From assembly GCA_038231275.1 (NCBI GenBank), contig JBBRLQ010000006.1, positions 224,001 through 288,000 of the forward strand: a DNA stretch of 64,000 bases, read 5' to 3'. Under the pieces are notes generated by a model. It was not told the origin of the DNA and ran no database searches. It was given only the letters and a program-made list of their open reading frames with translations. This document shows, one piece after another, positions 39,459-49,112 of the stretch. The stretch's first letter is position 1. Each line of letters starts with the position of its first letter. Position numbers and translations under genes: made by a program. This DNA is from Polyangiales bacterium. Its GTDB lineage: Bacteria > Myxococcota_A > Polyangia > Polyangiales > Polyangiaceae.

Positions 39459-41054
39459 TCACTGGGCGAGGCAGGCGACCGGATCGAACGTGCCGCTCAT
39501 CTGGCCGCGCGTCGCGTCGTAGAAGCGGCCCGACGACACGAAGACCGGCGCGCCGGTGCCGTCCTTCGCGATGCACCACACGTCGATGTTCGACGGCGCC
39601 TCTCCGGTGCGAACGTCGAAATCGAGCGGTCCGCTCGCTCCTTCGAGGTTGAACGTGCCGCCGCTCGTCGCGAGGATCTGGAACCCCGTGCTCAAGTTCG
39701 CGCCGCCGACCTCGAGCTTGCTCCCGCTGACGAGCCGCGCGAAGCCCGCCGCGAGGGCAGCGCCGGTGATCGGTTGGCGCGGCGCGGTCGCGATGCCGTA
39801 CGTCATGAGAAACATCGCGTCGTAGGCTCCGGCCATGCCGAAGACCTGCGGCGCCGCCCCGAACGCGCCGACGTACTTGAGGATGAACCCGTTGAACGCC
39901 GTCGACGACGGCGACGCCGGGATGGTGCCGCGTACGCGCTTCCGGAGCGCGTCGTCCGCGGCCGCGGCGAGGAGCTCCGGCTTGTGGACCGCGTCCGAGA
40001 AGAGATAGAGCGGCCGCGTGGAGGCGCCCCACCCTTGCTCCAGCGGGGTCAGGTATTTGGTGACGACCTCGGTAGATCCGAGCCCGACGACGAGCGCAGG
40101 TCGCGTCTTCGCGGCGAGCGTCTGCGCGACCTCGGGCGCGAGATCGGCGGGCTTTGGATCGTACTGGAGCGCGAGGAGCGCGCCGGCGTTCGCGGGGTCT
40201 CCGAACGGCTTTCCGTTGAACGTCGCGGCGCTGCTGACGGCGTTGTAGAGGCCGAGGCCGTACGCGTCATTCAGGTACAGAAAGGCGGCCGACAGCGACG
40301 TGCCAGCAGGGGTCGCGTTGTCGGCGCGGTATTTTTGCTCGACCTGGCTGACTTGATCGAGCAGCGCGAGCGCCTGAACCGCGTCGGACGGAGCGGTGCG
40401 CCACACGAGCCCGTCGTCTTGGAGGTTCGTGATCGCCGTCGACGTCGCCGAGGGTGAGATGATCATGGTCCCGGCGGGGATCGTGATCGCGCTGACCGTG
40501 ATGACGTCGCCGCTCGCCTCCGGCCCGACGATCGCGGGCACGTGAAGCTCCGTCGCAAGGTGCGTCGCGGCGCGACCGACGTCCATGGCTGCGTCGCACT
40601 CGAGCACGACGAGCGGCCGCGCCTTCCCGCTCGCCGCGACGGGGATCCCCGGGACGTTCTGCTTGATGTCGTTGGCGGCGACCTCCACGCTCCGCATACG
40701 CGCTGTCCCCGACGACTGGTTCGTGCCCGACAAGCTGAAGAGCGCGCCGACGATCACCGCGTCGTCGTTGGCGGGATCGCCGATCACCTTCGTGCAGTCC
40801 TGCGAGAGCAGCGGGACGCACGCCGCCTTGGGCCTCACGCACACGGCGGGCGCGCCGAGGCGATCGATGCAGCTTTGGTTCGTCGTACACGGCGCTCCGT
40901 CGAGCGTGCAGATGCCCGCCGCGCAGATCGCGCTCGTGAAGGGGCCGCCGCGTTGCGTGCAGTCCGCATCTGTTTTGCACTGATCGCCCGAAGTGTCGAC
41001 GAACAGCGAGCACGCGCACGTCGCGGCGAGCACCAGCGTGGCGAAGCGGCGCAT
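39459..41054 (-). CDS. Type I periplasmic-binding (LivJ-like) lipoprotein with Cys-rich N-terminus
   Basis: CACS lipobox-like, IVGP..S, ISPSATS, WRTAPSD, AYDA, GASGPLDFD. Confidence 0.85.
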   Translation of the reverse strand: MRRFATLVLAATCACSLFVDTSGDQCKTDADCTQRGGPFTSAICAAGICTLDGAPCTTNQSCIDRLGAPAVCVRPKAACVPLLSQDCTKVIGDPANDDAVIVGALFSLSGTNQSSGTARMRSVEVAANDIKQNVPGIPVAASGKARPLVVLECDAAMDVGRAATHLATELHVPAIVGPEASGDVITVSAITIPAGTMIISPSATSTAITNLQDDGLVWRTAPSDAVQALALLDQVSQVEQKYRADNATPAGTSLSAAFLYLNDAYGLGLYNAVSSAATFNGKPFGDPANAGALLALQYDPKPADLAPEVAQTLAAKTRPALVVGLGSTEVVTKYLTPLEQGWGASTRPLYLFSDAVHKPELLAAAADDALRKRVRGTIPASPSSTAFNGFILKYVGAFGAAPQVFGMAGAYDAMFLMTYGIATAPRQPITGAALAAGFARLVSGSKLEVGGANLSTGFQILATSGGTFNLEGASGPLDFDVRTGEAPSNIDVWCIAKDGTGAPVFVSSGRFYDATRGQMSGTFDPVACLAQ

Positions 41055-41989
41055 CAAAACGACCCCGCCGCGAAGACGCCGCCGGGCCAGAAGCCGACGC
41101 GCGGCTTGTCGGGCTTCGAAGATCCCTGCGGCGTCAGCGTGAGGTAGAGCGAGATGCTGCCGGCGACGACCGCGCCTACGAAGCAAATGTCGCTCACGAT
41201 GCTGAACGCCTTGGTCCGCGAGGTCGCGCTGTCGAGCTCGGCGCGCGACACGCCGAATTTGGCGCGGGCGTCGTCGAGATCGCCGTTGGCCTTGAGCGCG
41301 AGCAGCCCCGTCACCGTCGCCCCCAGCGTGAGCGCGCCGGTCGCGGCCCAACCCTCCCACGGAATTCGGCGCGGCGTCTTGCGCGGCTCGGGCGCGGGCG
41401 CAGGAGGCGCGGGTCCGGGCGGCGGCGCGACGACCGGCTCGATCGAAGCGCCGAGGTTCACGTCGAGCCGCCGCGCGTCGCCGCCCGCGATCTCGACCGA
41501 GGTCGTGAACGGCTTGTACCCGTCCTTGCTCACGGCGACGCGACGCGTGCCGGTCGCGACGAGCACCTCTTGCTGGAGCGGCGACAGGCCCACCTTCTTG
41601 TCGTCGACGGACACCTCGGCGCCAACCTGGACCACCGTGACGATGAGCACGCCCGTGCGCGTGTGGAGGCGCGTGATCTCTTGCTCCACCTCGGCGCGTC
41701 GCGCGCGCGGCACCTTGTCAGCGCCCTCGCGGAGGTAGCGCTCGAAGCTCGTCAGCGCCGCCGCGTAGTCGGTCGCCTGGTACTCGGCCTGCCCGAGGTT
41801 GAAGAGGACGCGGAAGTTGTGGCTGATCTCGTACGCGCGCCGAAACTCGACGAGCGCCGCTTTGAAGTCGGCCTCCTGATAGAGCGAGACGCCGCGCTTG
41901 AAATGCTCCTCCGCCTCACGCTCCCCGGATGCCGCGCGCGCAGGCGCCGCGAGGAGGAGCGTGAGCACGACGACGTGATGGATTCGCAC
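41054..41989 (-). CDS. TPR plus PEGA domain protein
   Basis: Signal peptide, HFKRGV.LY...AL.EF..AY...LFNLG TPR, GAEVSVD...G.SP...V.VSKDGY PEGA, C-terminal G.F. Confidence 0.88.
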   Translation of the reverse strand: MRIHHVVVLTLLLAAPARAASGEREAEEHFKRGVSLYQEADFKAALVEFRRAYEISHNFRVLFNLGQAEYQATDYAAALTSFERYLREGADKVPRARRAEVEQEITRLHTRTGVLIVTVVQVGAEVSVDDKKVGLSPLQQEVLVATGTRRVAVSKDGYKPFTTSVEIAGGDARRLDVNLGASIEPVVAPPPGPAPPAPAPEPRKTPRRIPWEGWAATGALTLGATVTGLLALKANGDLDDARAKFGVSRAELDSATSRTKAFSIVSDICFVGAVVAGSISLYLTLTPQGSSKPDKPRVGFWPGGVFAAGSF

Positions 41990-41992
41990 GGG

Positions 41993-43462
41993 TCAGTCGG
42001 ACTGGAGGGTCGTGTCGATGGGGCGCCGCGGGCGGGTGGGATCGGAGGGCGGCGGTGAAGGGGACGACGGCGGCGCAGGAGTCGGGCGACCGCGTGGCGC
42101 AGGGGTGACGGCGACGGGGGACGGAGGCGCGTCGGCCGCGCGGCGCTCTTCGTCGTGCGAGGCGATCTCGTGATGCGGACGCGCCGCGAGCTCCAGACGT
42201 GGGCGCGGCGCGCCGCGGGCTGGATGACGCGCACCGACGCCGACCGCGAGGCCCAGCGCGACGAGCCCCGCCGACGCCACGAGCGCGAACGGGAGCGCAC
42301 CGCTTCGGGACGCAGCGCCTGACTTCACCGGACCGACCCCTGCCGCGAGCGATCCTACCGACGCCTCTCCGGGCTTCGGGAGCTCTCCCGATGGCACCGC
42401 GCGGCCGCCGAGCTCGAGCCGCGCGAGGGCCATCGTGTCGGTCATCGGATCGCGGCTCGGCGCGACCTCCATCGTCATGTACTCGCGCACCTTCGCGGTG
42501 ACCTCGGCGCGCACCGGCGCGAACAGCGACGTCATCGTCTCGCCGATCGCGTCGGGCAGGACGACGACGCCCGACGCCGCGATGTAGCTCTCCAGCGCCT
42601 CCCTCATCTCCTGCGCCGACTGGAACCGCTTGTCCGGTTCCTTGTGGAGCGCGCGGTGCACGATGGCATCGAGGAGCGGCGCGATGCCGGGCACCGCCGC
42701 CGACAAGCGCGGGATCTTCCCCTTCGCGACGCGATCGAGGACGACGGCGCTCGACGCGCCCGTGAAGAGGCGTCGACGCGTGATCATCTCCCAGCACACG
42801 ACGCCCATCGCGTAGACGTCGATGCGCCGATCGAGCGGCTCCTCGCGCACCTGCTCGGGCGCCATGTAGGCGACCTTGCCCTTGAGCGCCCCCGACTCGG
42901 TCCGTGAGACGTTGCCCGCGGCCTTCGCGACGCCGAAGTCCACGAGCTTGATCTGGCCGTCGTAGCCGACAAAAATGTTCTGCGGGCTCACGTCGCGGTG
43001 GACGATAGAGAGCTTCGACCCGTCGTAGTCGGCGAGCTCGTGCGCGTAGTGGAGACCCGCGAGCGCGTCGGAGGCGATGCGCATCATCACCGGGAGCGGC
43101 ACGTTCGCGGAGAGCTGCGTGATCTCCCGCAGGAAGCGGCTGAGCGGCTGCCCTTCGAGAAATTCCATCGCGAGGAACGGCATCCCCGCGTGCTCGCCGA
43201 CCTCGTAGGTCTGAACGACGTTCGGGTGGTTCAAGCGCGCGGCGAGGCGCGCCTCGTCGAGGAACATCTGACGCATCACCGAGTCCTCGTCGACGCCGGT
43301 GCGCGGCCGTTTCACGACGACGAGCTTCTTCACCCCGAACGAGGAGCCCGCGGCGGCGAGGAACACGTCGGCCATGCCTCCATGCCCGAGGCTCGCGAGG
43401 AGCTCGTATTTCCCGAACGACACCCGCAGAGGCGGGGATGAAGCGGACCCCGCACGCACCAT
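41993..43462 (-). CDS. Membrane-anchored Ser/Thr protein kinase
   Basis: GHGGMA, HRDVSPQN, DFG, KGKVAYMAPE, C-terminal TM helix then Pro-rich tail. Confidence 0.92.
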   Translation of the reverse strand: MVRAGSASSPPLRVSFGKYELLASLGHGGMADVFLAAAGSSFGVKKLVVVKRPRTGVDEDSVMRQMFLDEARLAARLNHPNVVQTYEVGEHAGMPFLAMEFLEGQPLSRFLREITQLSANVPLPVMMRIASDALAGLHYAHELADYDGSKLSIVHRDVSPQNIFVGYDGQIKLVDFGVAKAAGNVSRTESGALKGKVAYMAPEQVREEPLDRRIDVYAMGVVCWEMITRRRLFTGASSAVVLDRVAKGKIPRLSAAVPGIAPLLDAIVHRALHKEPDKRFQSAQEMREALESYIAASGVVVLPDAIGETMTSLFAPVRAEVTAKVREYMTMEVAPSRDPMTDTMALARLELGGRAVPSGELPKPGEASVGSLAAGVGPVKSGAASRSGALPFALVASAGLVALGLAVGVGARHPARGAPRPRLELAARPHHEIASHDEERRAADAPPSPVAVTPAPRGRPTPAPPSSPSPPPSDPTRPRRPIDTTLQSD

Positions 43463-43574
43463 CGCACATGACAGCGTATTTGGCGGCTTCGCCCCGGTCA
43501 AGGCGAGGACCCCCGGGGGTCCGGATCGCGCGGCCTTGTACGTACGGGAGACTCGTACGAGACTGCCGTTCGGC

Positions 43575-43976
43575 ATGCGGTCCACCCCGAGCGCTCCTTC
43601 GGTCCCCCGCGGAGCCGCGGCGGTCGGCGCGGTCGTCGTCGCGGTGATCGTGGCGGTCGCCGGCGCCGTCGCCACGGGACGCGGCACGGTCGCGGGATGC
43701 GGCGGGAAGATCGCGCCAGAGCCGGACGCCGGATTCGGTGGCACCTGCAGCGGGCACATGACGGGACGAGGAGCGTCGGCGTGTGACTCGATCGATTCGG
43801 TCACGTGCGACGGCCATACGTACTCCGTGTCCTGCGCGTGCGCGGCGTCGCCCGCGGGGTGCCTCTGCGTGAAGGACGGCCTCACGAGCGCAAGCGTTCC
43901 AGCATCGGGCTGCCAGTGCGCGCCGACGCGCGAGCAGCTGGCGACGATCTACGTGGCGTGCGGGTTCCCGTATTGA
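43575..43976 (+). CDS. Small Cys-rich lipoprotein
   Basis: Hydrophobic signal, VAGC, about 10 Cys in mature part, ends CGFPY. Confidence 0.65.
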   Translation: MRSTPSAPSVPRGAAAVGAVVVAVIVAVAGAVATGRGTVAGCGGKIAPEPDAGFGGTCSGHMTGRGASACDSIDSVTCDGHTYSVSCACAASPAGCLCVKDGLTSASVPASGCQCAPTREQLATIYVACGFPY

Positions 43977-44022
43977 GTGGAGCGAAGCGCAGCGGAGCGA
44001 AACGCTCCTGAAGCACTCTGCT

Positions 44023-45207
44023 CTACGCGATCGCGCCCGCTTCGCGCAGCTTCGCGATCTCTTCGTCGGTGTACCCCGCCTCGCGGAGCATCTCGCCGGT
44101 GTGCTGCCCCTGGCGCGGCGGCGGCGTGTGAGCATGGCCCTGCGGCGTCAGCGGCGTGCGGAACTGCGCGAGCGCGCCCCACGGCGACGCGAGCTCGAAG
44201 AAGACGCCGCGCGACGCCAGGTGAGGATCCTTCGTCGCCTCTTCGGGTGTGAGCACCGGCTCGAGACAGCAGTCGCGCTCTTTTGCGAACGCCTCCCACT
44301 CCGCCCGCGTCTTGCCGAGGAAGATCGCGGTGAGCTTCTCGCGAAGAGCCCCCTGATGCGGCCCCGGAATCATCCCCGACGTGTCCGGCTCCAGACCGAC
44401 GCCCTGGCAGAACTGGATCCAGAACTTGGGCTCGAGCGCGCCGAGCGACATCGCCTGGCCGTCTTTCGTCGCGTAAGTAGCGTAGCCCGCCAGCCCGCCG
44501 GTGAGCGCGTCGTTGCCGCGATCGGGCGCTTGCCCGCCGAGGAGCGCGCCGTAGCCGGCCGCCGCGAAACCGAGCGCCGACTCGACCATCGACACGTCGA
44601 CGACGCTTCCCTCGCCCGTCGCTGCGCGTGCCTGAAGCGCGGCGAGGATGCCGATCACGCTCCACAGACCTCCGCTCACGTCGGCGAGCTGGAAGCCTGG
44701 CAGCTGCGGCGGACCGTTCGCCGGGCCTTGAAATCCGAGGACGCCGGCCCGCGCGAGGTAGTTGATGTCGTGACCGGCGCGCTGCGCAAGCGGCCCAGTC
44801 TGCCCATACCCGGTGAGCGCGCACACGACGAGACGCGGATTCGAGGCGCGGAGCGTCGCGTGCGAGAGGCCCAGGCGATCGAGCACGCCCGGCCGAAACT
44901 GCTCGAGCAACACATCGTACCGCGAGACCAGGCGAAGGAAGACCTCCTTCGCGCCGGGCTTCTTGAGATCGAGGCTCGCGCTCCGCTTGTTGCGGTTGAG
45001 CGCGAGGAACATCGCGCTCGTGTCGCCGACGAGCGGCGGCATGTGCCGCAGATAATCGCCGCCCGACACGTCCTCGACCTTGTCGACCTGGGCGCCCATG
45101 TCCGCGAGGACGAGCGACGCGAAGGGCCCCGGCAGGAGGCGACTGAGATCGAGGACGCGAACGCCCGACAGCGGGGCGTTCAAGCTGCTCCGCTGGGGCC
45201 GGCTCAT
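44023..45207 (-). CDS. CaiB/BaiF family III CoA-transferase, alpha-methylacyl-CoA racemase-like
   Basis: LDLSRLLPGP, NRNKRS, FRPGV, GYGQTGP, AGHDINYLA, LGALEPKFW. Confidence 0.92.
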   Translation of the reverse strand: MSRPQRSSLNAPLSGVRVLDLSRLLPGPFASLVLADMGAQVDKVEDVSGGDYLRHMPPLVGDTSAMFLALNRNKRSASLDLKKPGAKEVFLRLVSRYDVLLEQFRPGVLDRLGLSHATLRASNPRLVVCALTGYGQTGPLAQRAGHDINYLARAGVLGFQGPANGPPQLPGFQLADVSGGLWSVIGILAALQARAATGEGSVVDVSMVESALGFAAAGYGALLGGQAPDRGNDALTGGLAGYATYATKDGQAMSLGALEPKFWIQFCQGVGLEPDTSGMIPGPHQGALREKLTAIFLGKTRAEWEAFAKERDCCLEPVLTPEEATKDPHLASRGVFFELASPWGALAQFRTPLTPQGHAHTPPPRQGQHTGEMLREAGYTDEEIAKLREAGAIA

Positions 45208-45211
45208 CCCT

Positions 45212-45541
45212 CTACTTGTAGCCGAACAGCTTCTGGAGCTTCATCGCGAGCATCTGGTTGCCCGCGACCTTGAGCTTGCCGGCGAAGAAGAGCTGCATGC
45301 CGTTGGCCTGCGGGTTCTCGACGAGCTTCTGGAAGTCCTCGGCCGCGATCGTGATCGTGCAGTCGGCGGCGTCGGTGCCCGCCTTGCACGCGGGACCGGT
45401 CGACGACACGTCGATGTTCCACTCCCCCTCGCCGGTGACGTTCATCTGGTACTTCGCGCCGATGGTCTTGGCGTCTTCGGCGTTCTTCGCGAGAGCAGCC
45501 GGAAGTTCCTCGTTGAATAGCTTCTTGATGTCGACGGCCAT
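45212..45541 (-). CDS. SCP2 sterol/acyl-CoA-binding domain protein
   Basis: ADCTITI, MQLFFAGKLKVAGNQMLAMKL; strong RBS (AGGAG). Confidence 0.92.
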   Translation of the reverse strand: MAVDIKKLFNEELPAALAKNAEDAKTIGAKYQMNVTGEGEWNIDVSSTGPACKAGTDAADCTITIAAEDFQKLVENPQANGMQLFFAGKLKVAGNQMLAMKLQKLFGYK

Positions 45542-45597
45542 GGGAGTCTCCTCTTTTGAGGAGACGGAGTGAATCGCGATTCAGTCAGCGCGTCAAG

Positions 45598-46722
45598 TCA
45601 CGCGGACACGCGATTTCGGCCCGAATCCTTCGAAAGGTAGAGCCGCTCGTCGGCCATGAGGACGAGCGCCTCCGGGGTCGCGCCGGCTCCGATCTGGGCG
45701 AGCGACGCGGCGCCGACGCTGATCGTCGCCTTGATGCGCGTCCGCTCGTACGTGATGTCCAGGAACTCGACGGCGCGGCGAACGCGCTCGCCGAAGACCG
45801 CCACCTTGTCGTGCTCGATCCCGCGCACGATGATCACGAACTCCTCGCCGCCGTAGCGCGCGAGCACGTCCTCGAGGCGGATCGTCCGCTGCACCGCGGC
45901 GGCGACGGTGCGAAGGACGACGTCGCCGGCGAGGTGGCCGTGGGTGTCGTTCACCTTCTTGAAGTGATCGAGGTCGAAGAGCACGACGGCGAGGTGCGTC
46001 TTGTGACGCATCGCGTACGCGACCTCGGACTGGAGGCGCTCGTGGAAATACTTGCGGTTGAACACGCGCGTGAGCGCGTCGCGGGTCGAGGCCTCGTAGA
46101 GCGAGCGCGCGAGCTGCTCCTCGGTGGCGTCGATGAGCGAGAAGCGGAAGAGTACGTTGGGGCCGACCTGGACGCGATCGCCGGGCCGCAGCTCGAGGCG
46201 GTCGACGCGGCGCGCGGCGACGAAGGTGCCGTTGGTGGAGCCGAGGTCCTCGACGATGAAGCGCCCGTCCTGCGTGCGCGCGACGCGCGTGTGCTTCCTG
46301 CTGATGCCGACGTCGTCGATGCGGATGCTCGTGTCGCGGCTGCGGCCGATGACGTTGTCGTCCGAATCGAGGGAGAAGACCTGGCCCGCGTTGACGCCAG
46401 TGAGCACCGTCAGGATTGCGCGGTCGTTCCGCACCGAGGGGCTCTGCTCGGGGATCGGGATCGACAGCATCGCCGGGTTGGTTTCGGCCTCGAACGCGTC
46501 CTCGAGATCGAGGCTCGCCATCGGAGCGCGCGGACCGGTGGAGGCCTGAGGCGGTGGCGCCACCTCCTCTTTGATGGCGGGCGGGCCGGGGAGCGGCGGC
46601 GGAACAGGCACCGTCAACTTGAGCGGAAGGCGCGCGGTGCTCGGGGTCTCCGACAACACGCGCCTCGGAAGGACGGCGGGGAACTCGGTGGTCGTCCTCC
46701 GGTCGGGCCCCAGCTCACTCAC
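45598..46722 (-). CDS. FHA-GGDEF diguanylate cyclase
   Basis: FHA GR...ISRKH...DLGSTNGT; DLDHFKKVNDTHGH.AGD, I-site RLED, YGGEEF; GTG start chosen at overlap with the GH1 stop (start uncertain). Confidence 0.9.
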   Translation of the reverse strand: MSELGPDRRTTTEFPAVLPRRVLSETPSTARLPLKLTVPVPPPLPGPPAIKEEVAPPPQASTGPRAPMASLDLEDAFEAETNPAMLSIPIPEQSPSVRNDRAILTVLTGVNAGQVFSLDSDDNVIGRSRDTSIRIDDVGISRKHTRVARTQDGRFIVEDLGSTNGTFVAARRVDRLELRPGDRVQVGPNVLFRFSLIDATEEQLARSLYEASTRDALTRVFNRKYFHERLQSEVAYAMRHKTHLAVVLFDLDHFKKVNDTHGHLAGDVVLRTVAAAVQRTIRLEDVLARYGGEEFVIIVRGIEHDKVAVFGERVRRAVEFLDITYERTRIKATISVGAASLAQIGAGATPEALVLMADERLYLSKDSGRNRVSA

Positions 46723-48184
46723 ATCGGGTTTGCGGGGGCGTGTAAGCCGGGGTGGCTGCAACGTCGGCACGAGTGACGCGCGCGGCCTGGATGAATTTTC
46801 GAAACGTATCGGCACTGGGACGTGCCACCCGGGCGGAGGTGGCCGGGTCGATTTGGTAAAGACCGAACTTTGGGCAGAATCCGTTTGCCCACTCGAAGTT
46901 GTCGTAGAGGCTCCAGTGGAAATAGCCGCGGACGTCTGCACCTCGCTGGATTGCAATTCCGGCTTGGTAGAGGTGCTCTGCGATGAAGCGCGGTCGGTTC
47001 GCGTCGGCGGCATCAGCTAGCCCATTCTCCGAGATGACCAGAGGGAGCAAATACTCCTTGGCTTCCATCAGAACGGCTAAAAGCCCCTCGGCATAAATAT
47101 CCCAGACGAAATCCGTCTTCGGCCGATCGGAGGCGATGTGGTCAGGCGTGATCGCAGCGCTCACTGGCGCAGGGAGCACGATGCCGACGTGCGCCGAGAC
47201 GCGGAGCGCAGAGTAGTAGTTCACGCCGATGTAGTCGGCGCGGTGGGCGAGCGTCGGGTCCCCCTTCTTGTCGGAGGGCCCGTCGAGCGTGCCGTCGATG
47301 TCGGCGTCCCAGTCGCCGCGCACGACGGCGTTCAAGAACCAGAGGTTGTTGACGTAGCGGACGCGCACGACGGCGGCGTCGTCGTCGGGATCGGTCGGAT
47401 CGGCGGGCTCGACGAAGCGCTGGTGCATGACCGGGCCAACCTGCGCCTTCGGGTCGTGCGCGTGGACGGCGTCGTAGCATTTGGCGTGGCCGCGAACCTC
47501 GCCCGCCGCGTACGCGAACGCCCGCTTCGTGTCGAGGACGAGCCCCGGCGGGAAGCTCCCCTGCACGTAGCCGCCGAGTGGCACGACGACCGGCTCGTTG
47601 ATCGTCGCGTAGAGATCGATGAGGCTCCCCCACCGCGCGGCGATGCGTCCGCAGAACTGGCCGAAGAGGTCCTCGGTCTCGGGGCGCTCGAAGCCTTGCG
47701 GCTCCTTCGGCTTCGTCGCGTCCGAGAGGTAGTCGGGCACCGCGAAATGCAGCAGCGTCACGTACGGCGTGATGCCGGCGGCGACGAGCTTCTGGAGCAG
47801 GCCGTCGTACGCGGCGACCGCGGCCGCGTCGGGCGTGTCGGCGTCGAACGCCGCGCGCGTCGGGTAGAGGCGCGCCCAGTCGATCGAGAAGCGGTAGGCG
47901 TTGTGTCCGCCGTCCTTCATGAGCTTCACGTCACCGTCGACGTGGGCGAGCGCGTCGGGCGAGCGCGTGTCCGGCACGTCGCCGTTCTTGATCTTGCCGG
48001 GCAACGTCACCCACGTGGCCCAGTCGGAGTGCACGCTCCCCTTCTCGACCTGGAACGCAGCCGTTGCGGTGCCCCACATGAAGCCGGGCGGGAACGTCAC
48101 CGCGTCGGGCAGCGAATCGGACGGCGCCCCCGACGACTTGCTGCACGACAGGAGGAGCGCGAGCCCCGGCACGATCAGGCGCAC
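46715..48184 (-). CDS. Glycoside hydrolase family 1, lipoprotein
   Basis: WGTATAAFQVE, YRFSIDW, TINEP (acid/base), GVNYY, ISENG (nucleophile), WSLYDNFEW; N-terminal LLLSC. Confidence 0.93.
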   Translation of the reverse strand: MRLIVPGLALLLSCSKSSGAPSDSLPDAVTFPPGFMWGTATAAFQVEKGSVHSDWATWVTLPGKIKNGDVPDTRSPDALAHVDGDVKLMKDGGHNAYRFSIDWARLYPTRAAFDADTPDAAAVAAYDGLLQKLVAAGITPYVTLLHFAVPDYLSDATKPKEPQGFERPETEDLFGQFCGRIAARWGSLIDLYATINEPVVVPLGGYVQGSFPPGLVLDTKRAFAYAAGEVRGHAKCYDAVHAHDPKAQVGPVMHQRFVEPADPTDPDDDAAVVRVRYVNNLWFLNAVVRGDWDADIDGTLDGPSDKKGDPTLAHRADYIGVNYYSALRVSAHVGIVLPAPVSAAITPDHIASDRPKTDFVWDIYAEGLLAVLMEAKEYLLPLVISENGLADAADANRPRFIAEHLYQAGIAIQRGADVRGYFHWSLYDNFEWANGFCPKFGLYQIDPATSARVARPSADTFRKFIQAARVTRADVAATPAYTPPQTRCE

Positions 48185-48224
48185 GCCGCTTTCCTTAGCA
48201 TGAATGCGTGGTAATGCTCCGCGC

Positions 48225-49070
48225 ATGGGAATTCTCGATGGAAAGGTCGCCATCGTCACCGGCGCCGGCGGAGGCATCGGCCGCGCCCACGCGCTCCTCT
48301 TCGCGAAGGAGGGCGCGAAGGTCGTCGTGAACGACATGGGCGGCGCGCGCGACGGCGTCGGCCAGAGCGACAGCGCGGCCTCCAAGGTCGTCGCCGAGAT
48401 CGAGGCGCTCGGCGCCGAGGCCGCGGCGAGCTTCGACGACGTGTCGACCACCGCAGGCGCGGCCAACCTCGTGAAGACCGCGGTGACCCGGTTCGGGCGC
48501 GTCGATGCCCTCGTCAACAACGCCGGCATCCTCCGCGACAAGAGCTTCCTCAAGATGGACGACGCGATGTGGGACTCCGTCGTCGCCGTGCACATGACCG
48601 GCACGTTCCGCGTCTCACAGGCGTTCGCAAAGCAGCTCGTCGCGCAGGGCGCCGGCGGCCGCATCGTCAACACGACCAGCGTGAGCGGCATGATGGGCAA
48701 CTTCGGCCAGGCCAACTACGCCGCCGCGAAGGCCGGCATCTACGGCCTCACGCGCACCATGTCGATCGAGCTCCAAAAGCACCGCATCACCGTCAACGCG
48801 CTCGCGCCGATCGCGAAGACGCGCATGACCGAAGATCTGCCGATGTTCCAGGGCGTCGACACGATGACCCCCGAGCACATCGCTCCGGCCGCGCTGTTCC
48901 TCGCGAGCGATCTCGCAGGCGACAAGACCGGCCACGTCCTCGCCGTCGCCGGCTCGCGCATGTACGCGTTCAAGGTCATCGAGACGCCCGGCAAGTTCAA
49001 AGACGACGACGACGGCGTCTGGACCGCCAAGGAAATCGCCGAAAACTGGGAGTCGATCGTCAAGGCCTGA
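48225..49070 (+). CDS. SDR, MFE-2-type 3-hydroxyacyl-CoA dehydrogenase-like
   Basis: TGAGGGIG, VVVNDMGG, NNAGILRD, GNFGQANYAAAK. Confidence 0.92.
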   Translation: MGILDGKVAIVTGAGGGIGRAHALLFAKEGAKVVVNDMGGARDGVGQSDSAASKVVAEIEALGAEAAASFDDVSTTAGAANLVKTAVTRFGRVDALVNNAGILRDKSFLKMDDAMWDSVVAVHMTGTFRVSQAFAKQLVAQGAGGRIVNTTSVSGMMGNFGQANYAAAKAGIYGLTRTMSIELQKHRITVNALAPIAKTRMTEDLPMFQGVDTMTPEHIAPAALFLASDLAGDKTGHVLAVAGSRMYAFKVIETPGKFKDDDDGVWTAKEIAENWESIVKA

Positions 49071-49112
49071 CGCGTCTTCGATCGACAGGAGGCGAGCGGC
49101 GCGTCAAGGTAC

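Noticed and set aside
43977-44022. GAGCGAAGCGCAGCGGAGCG REP-like stretch between convergent genes
   Set aside because: No clear second copy in the window and no strong stem; needs a genome-wide search.
46723-47013. Long same-strand dual-coding overlap of the cyclase N-terminus with GH1
   Set aside because: The Ser/Thr-rich extension looks like an off-frame reading; a GTG at the GH1 stop gives a conventional short overlap.
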